A stretch of DNA of 64,000 bases from assembly GCA_963746065.1 (NCBI GenBank), contig CAVUZP010000001.1, positions 1,453,564-1,517,563 of the forward strand. Reading direction: 5' to 3'. The notes under the pieces were generated by a model. It was given only the letters and a program-made list of their open reading frames with translations, had not been told where the DNA came from and did not search any database. The position numbers and the translations under genes were made by a program. Below are positions 62,829 to 64,000 of the stretch, one piece after another (the stretch's first letter is position 1; each line of letters opens with the position of its first letter). The stretch is from an uncultured Alphaproteobacteria bacterium. GTDB taxonomy: Bacteria > Pseudomonadota > Alphaproteobacteria > Rhizobiales > Xanthobacteraceae.

Positions 62829-63782
62829 CTATCCCGCCAGTCGCGCGGGGCATCCTGCCGCAGGGATCGCCGCCTGCATGCGCAAGACCATCAGGCTTCC
62901 CGCGAAGCCGTCAAGGCCGGAGGTGTGACCGACGGCTCTCAGCGCGGCAAGCGCCGGACCGATCTCGGCCAATCGCCCGCCCATGGTCGCATCGATCGCC
63001 GCATGCAGCGGGGCCGCACCATAGCCCATGGCAGCCGCTTGCAGATGGGCCCGGCTGATGTCGTTGGTGAGATGCAGCCGGGCAGCGCAGCAGGTCCACA
63101 GACGATCGCGACAATCCGGCCGGCCGAGGGCCGAGAGCGCCACCAGGGCCCCTCCGATCAGGTCGTCGCCCGACGGTGTCAGGCCGGGCCCCAGTCCGAC
63201 CAAGCTTTCGAGTCCCGTCCCGTCGACCGACTGGCCGGCGACGACCCGCCGCAAGGCGGCAAGGCCGGGAGCCGCGGCCTGAAGCAGAGGTGACGCTGTT
63301 GCCGGGCCGCGATCAGAACCCACGATTGCAAGACCGTCCGACGTCAGGCCGTCGTTCCAGACTTCGTCGATCTTATGCAAGCCGGAAACCAGGCTGAGCG
63401 TCGACCAGTTTGGCGCAACCTGCGGGCGCCAGATCGATGCGGAAGCAAGCCGGGCAAAAGGCCTGCCTGCCACCCGGAAGACATCGCCTGCCACCCGCAC
63501 CGCCTCCCCGACGGTCGGTTTCAACGACCCGAAGTCGCACAGCAGATGCAATGGCCCCGACCCGATGCTCCTCTGTCCCACGCAGATCCAGTTGCCGTCG
63601 AGCGTTGCATAGAACGATCGCTCGAATACGGCGGCAACCCGCCCCGTCGAAAAATCGCGGAGGACATCATGGGCGAGCAGCCCTACTTCCACGGCGGCGC
63701 AGCAGGCCGCGCCAACGCGTGCGGCCGCCTGCTTCCCGTCCGATGGCCGCGTCTCGTCGAGACTGAGCTCGGTGTGGAACAT
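62829..63782 (-). CDS. DUF2877 protein (YlbF/YahE-like)
   Basis: LVGLGPGLTPSGDDLIGG, TNDIS and VGHTSGLD signature. Start uncertain. Confidence 0.8.
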   Translation of the reverse strand: MFHTELSLDETRPSDGKQAAARVGAACCAAVEVGLLAHDVLRDFSTGRVAAVFERSFYATLDGNWICVGQRSIGSGPLHLLCDFGSLKPTVGEAVRVAGDVFRVAGRPFARLASASIWRPQVAPNWSTLSLVSGLHKIDEVWNDGLTSDGLAIVGSDRGPATASPLLQAAAPGLAALRRVVAGQSVDGTGLESLVGLGPGLTPSGDDLIGGALVALSALGRPDCRDRLWTCCAARLHLTNDISRAHLQAAAMGYGAAPLHAAIDATMGGRLAEIGPALAALRAVGHTSGLDGFAGSLMVLRMQAAIPAAGCPARLAG

Positions 63783-63881
63783 TTCGCCTGTCCTCTTCCC
63801 TGCACGTGTCGCACGAACGGCGGCAGCCTGTCCGCGCGCGTCCTGAACCCCCTCCTCCATTCGCTCCGCCACGGGTTGGGG

Positions 63882-63918
63882 TTGACGTAAGTAAGAAACT
63901 TCTTATAACGCTTGTCAA
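63882..63918. promoter_or_regulatory. Palindromic divergent promoter/operator
   Basis: TTGAC...GTCAA enclosing TAAGAA-AC-TTCTTA. Confidence 0.45.
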
Positions 63919-64000
63919 GCGAGCAAGGAATTGGCTGCGCATCGCTTCCGAAGCCGCGCGGCCGGGAGCATTCCTTGACGGGTCGCCTGCAATTGCGTCC

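Overview
GC-rich alphaproteobacterial chromosome segment; gene content and intergenic repeat style suggest Bradyrhizobium or a relative (inference). Four blocks. (1) 0-27 kb: catabolic region with an organosulfonate flavour: xsc, pta, GMC dehydrogenase, ComDE-like decarboxylase, three IclR regulators, an amidohydrolase-fold protein plus Rieske ferredoxin, an enolase, TctABC, MFS transporters, CitE/MaoC, and a GntR/DUF6166-like/di-iron hydroxylase module. Four single-base frameshifts and one in-frame stop fall here. (2) 27-40.5 kb: oxalate catabolism (ADP-forming acyl-CoA ligase, GntR, oxc, frc, two oxlT, CBS protein, oxidoreductases) tied together by six copies of a 17-bp palindrome. It is interrupted by a BrnT/BrnA module and an unannotated five-hairpin array with anti-Shine-Dalgarno-like loops. 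(3) 40.6-49.7 kb: housekeeping genes (CDF transporter, pleC-like kinase, fdhD relic plus fdsD, glnE, sensor kinase) ending at a junction that appears to truncate the cognate response regulator. (4) 50-64 kb: nucleoside-type ABC transporter, cysteine hydrolase and a duplicated FdrA/DUF1116 system with carbamate kinase and DUF2877. All calls come from reading motifs by eye; no database searches were run and start codons are best estimates.
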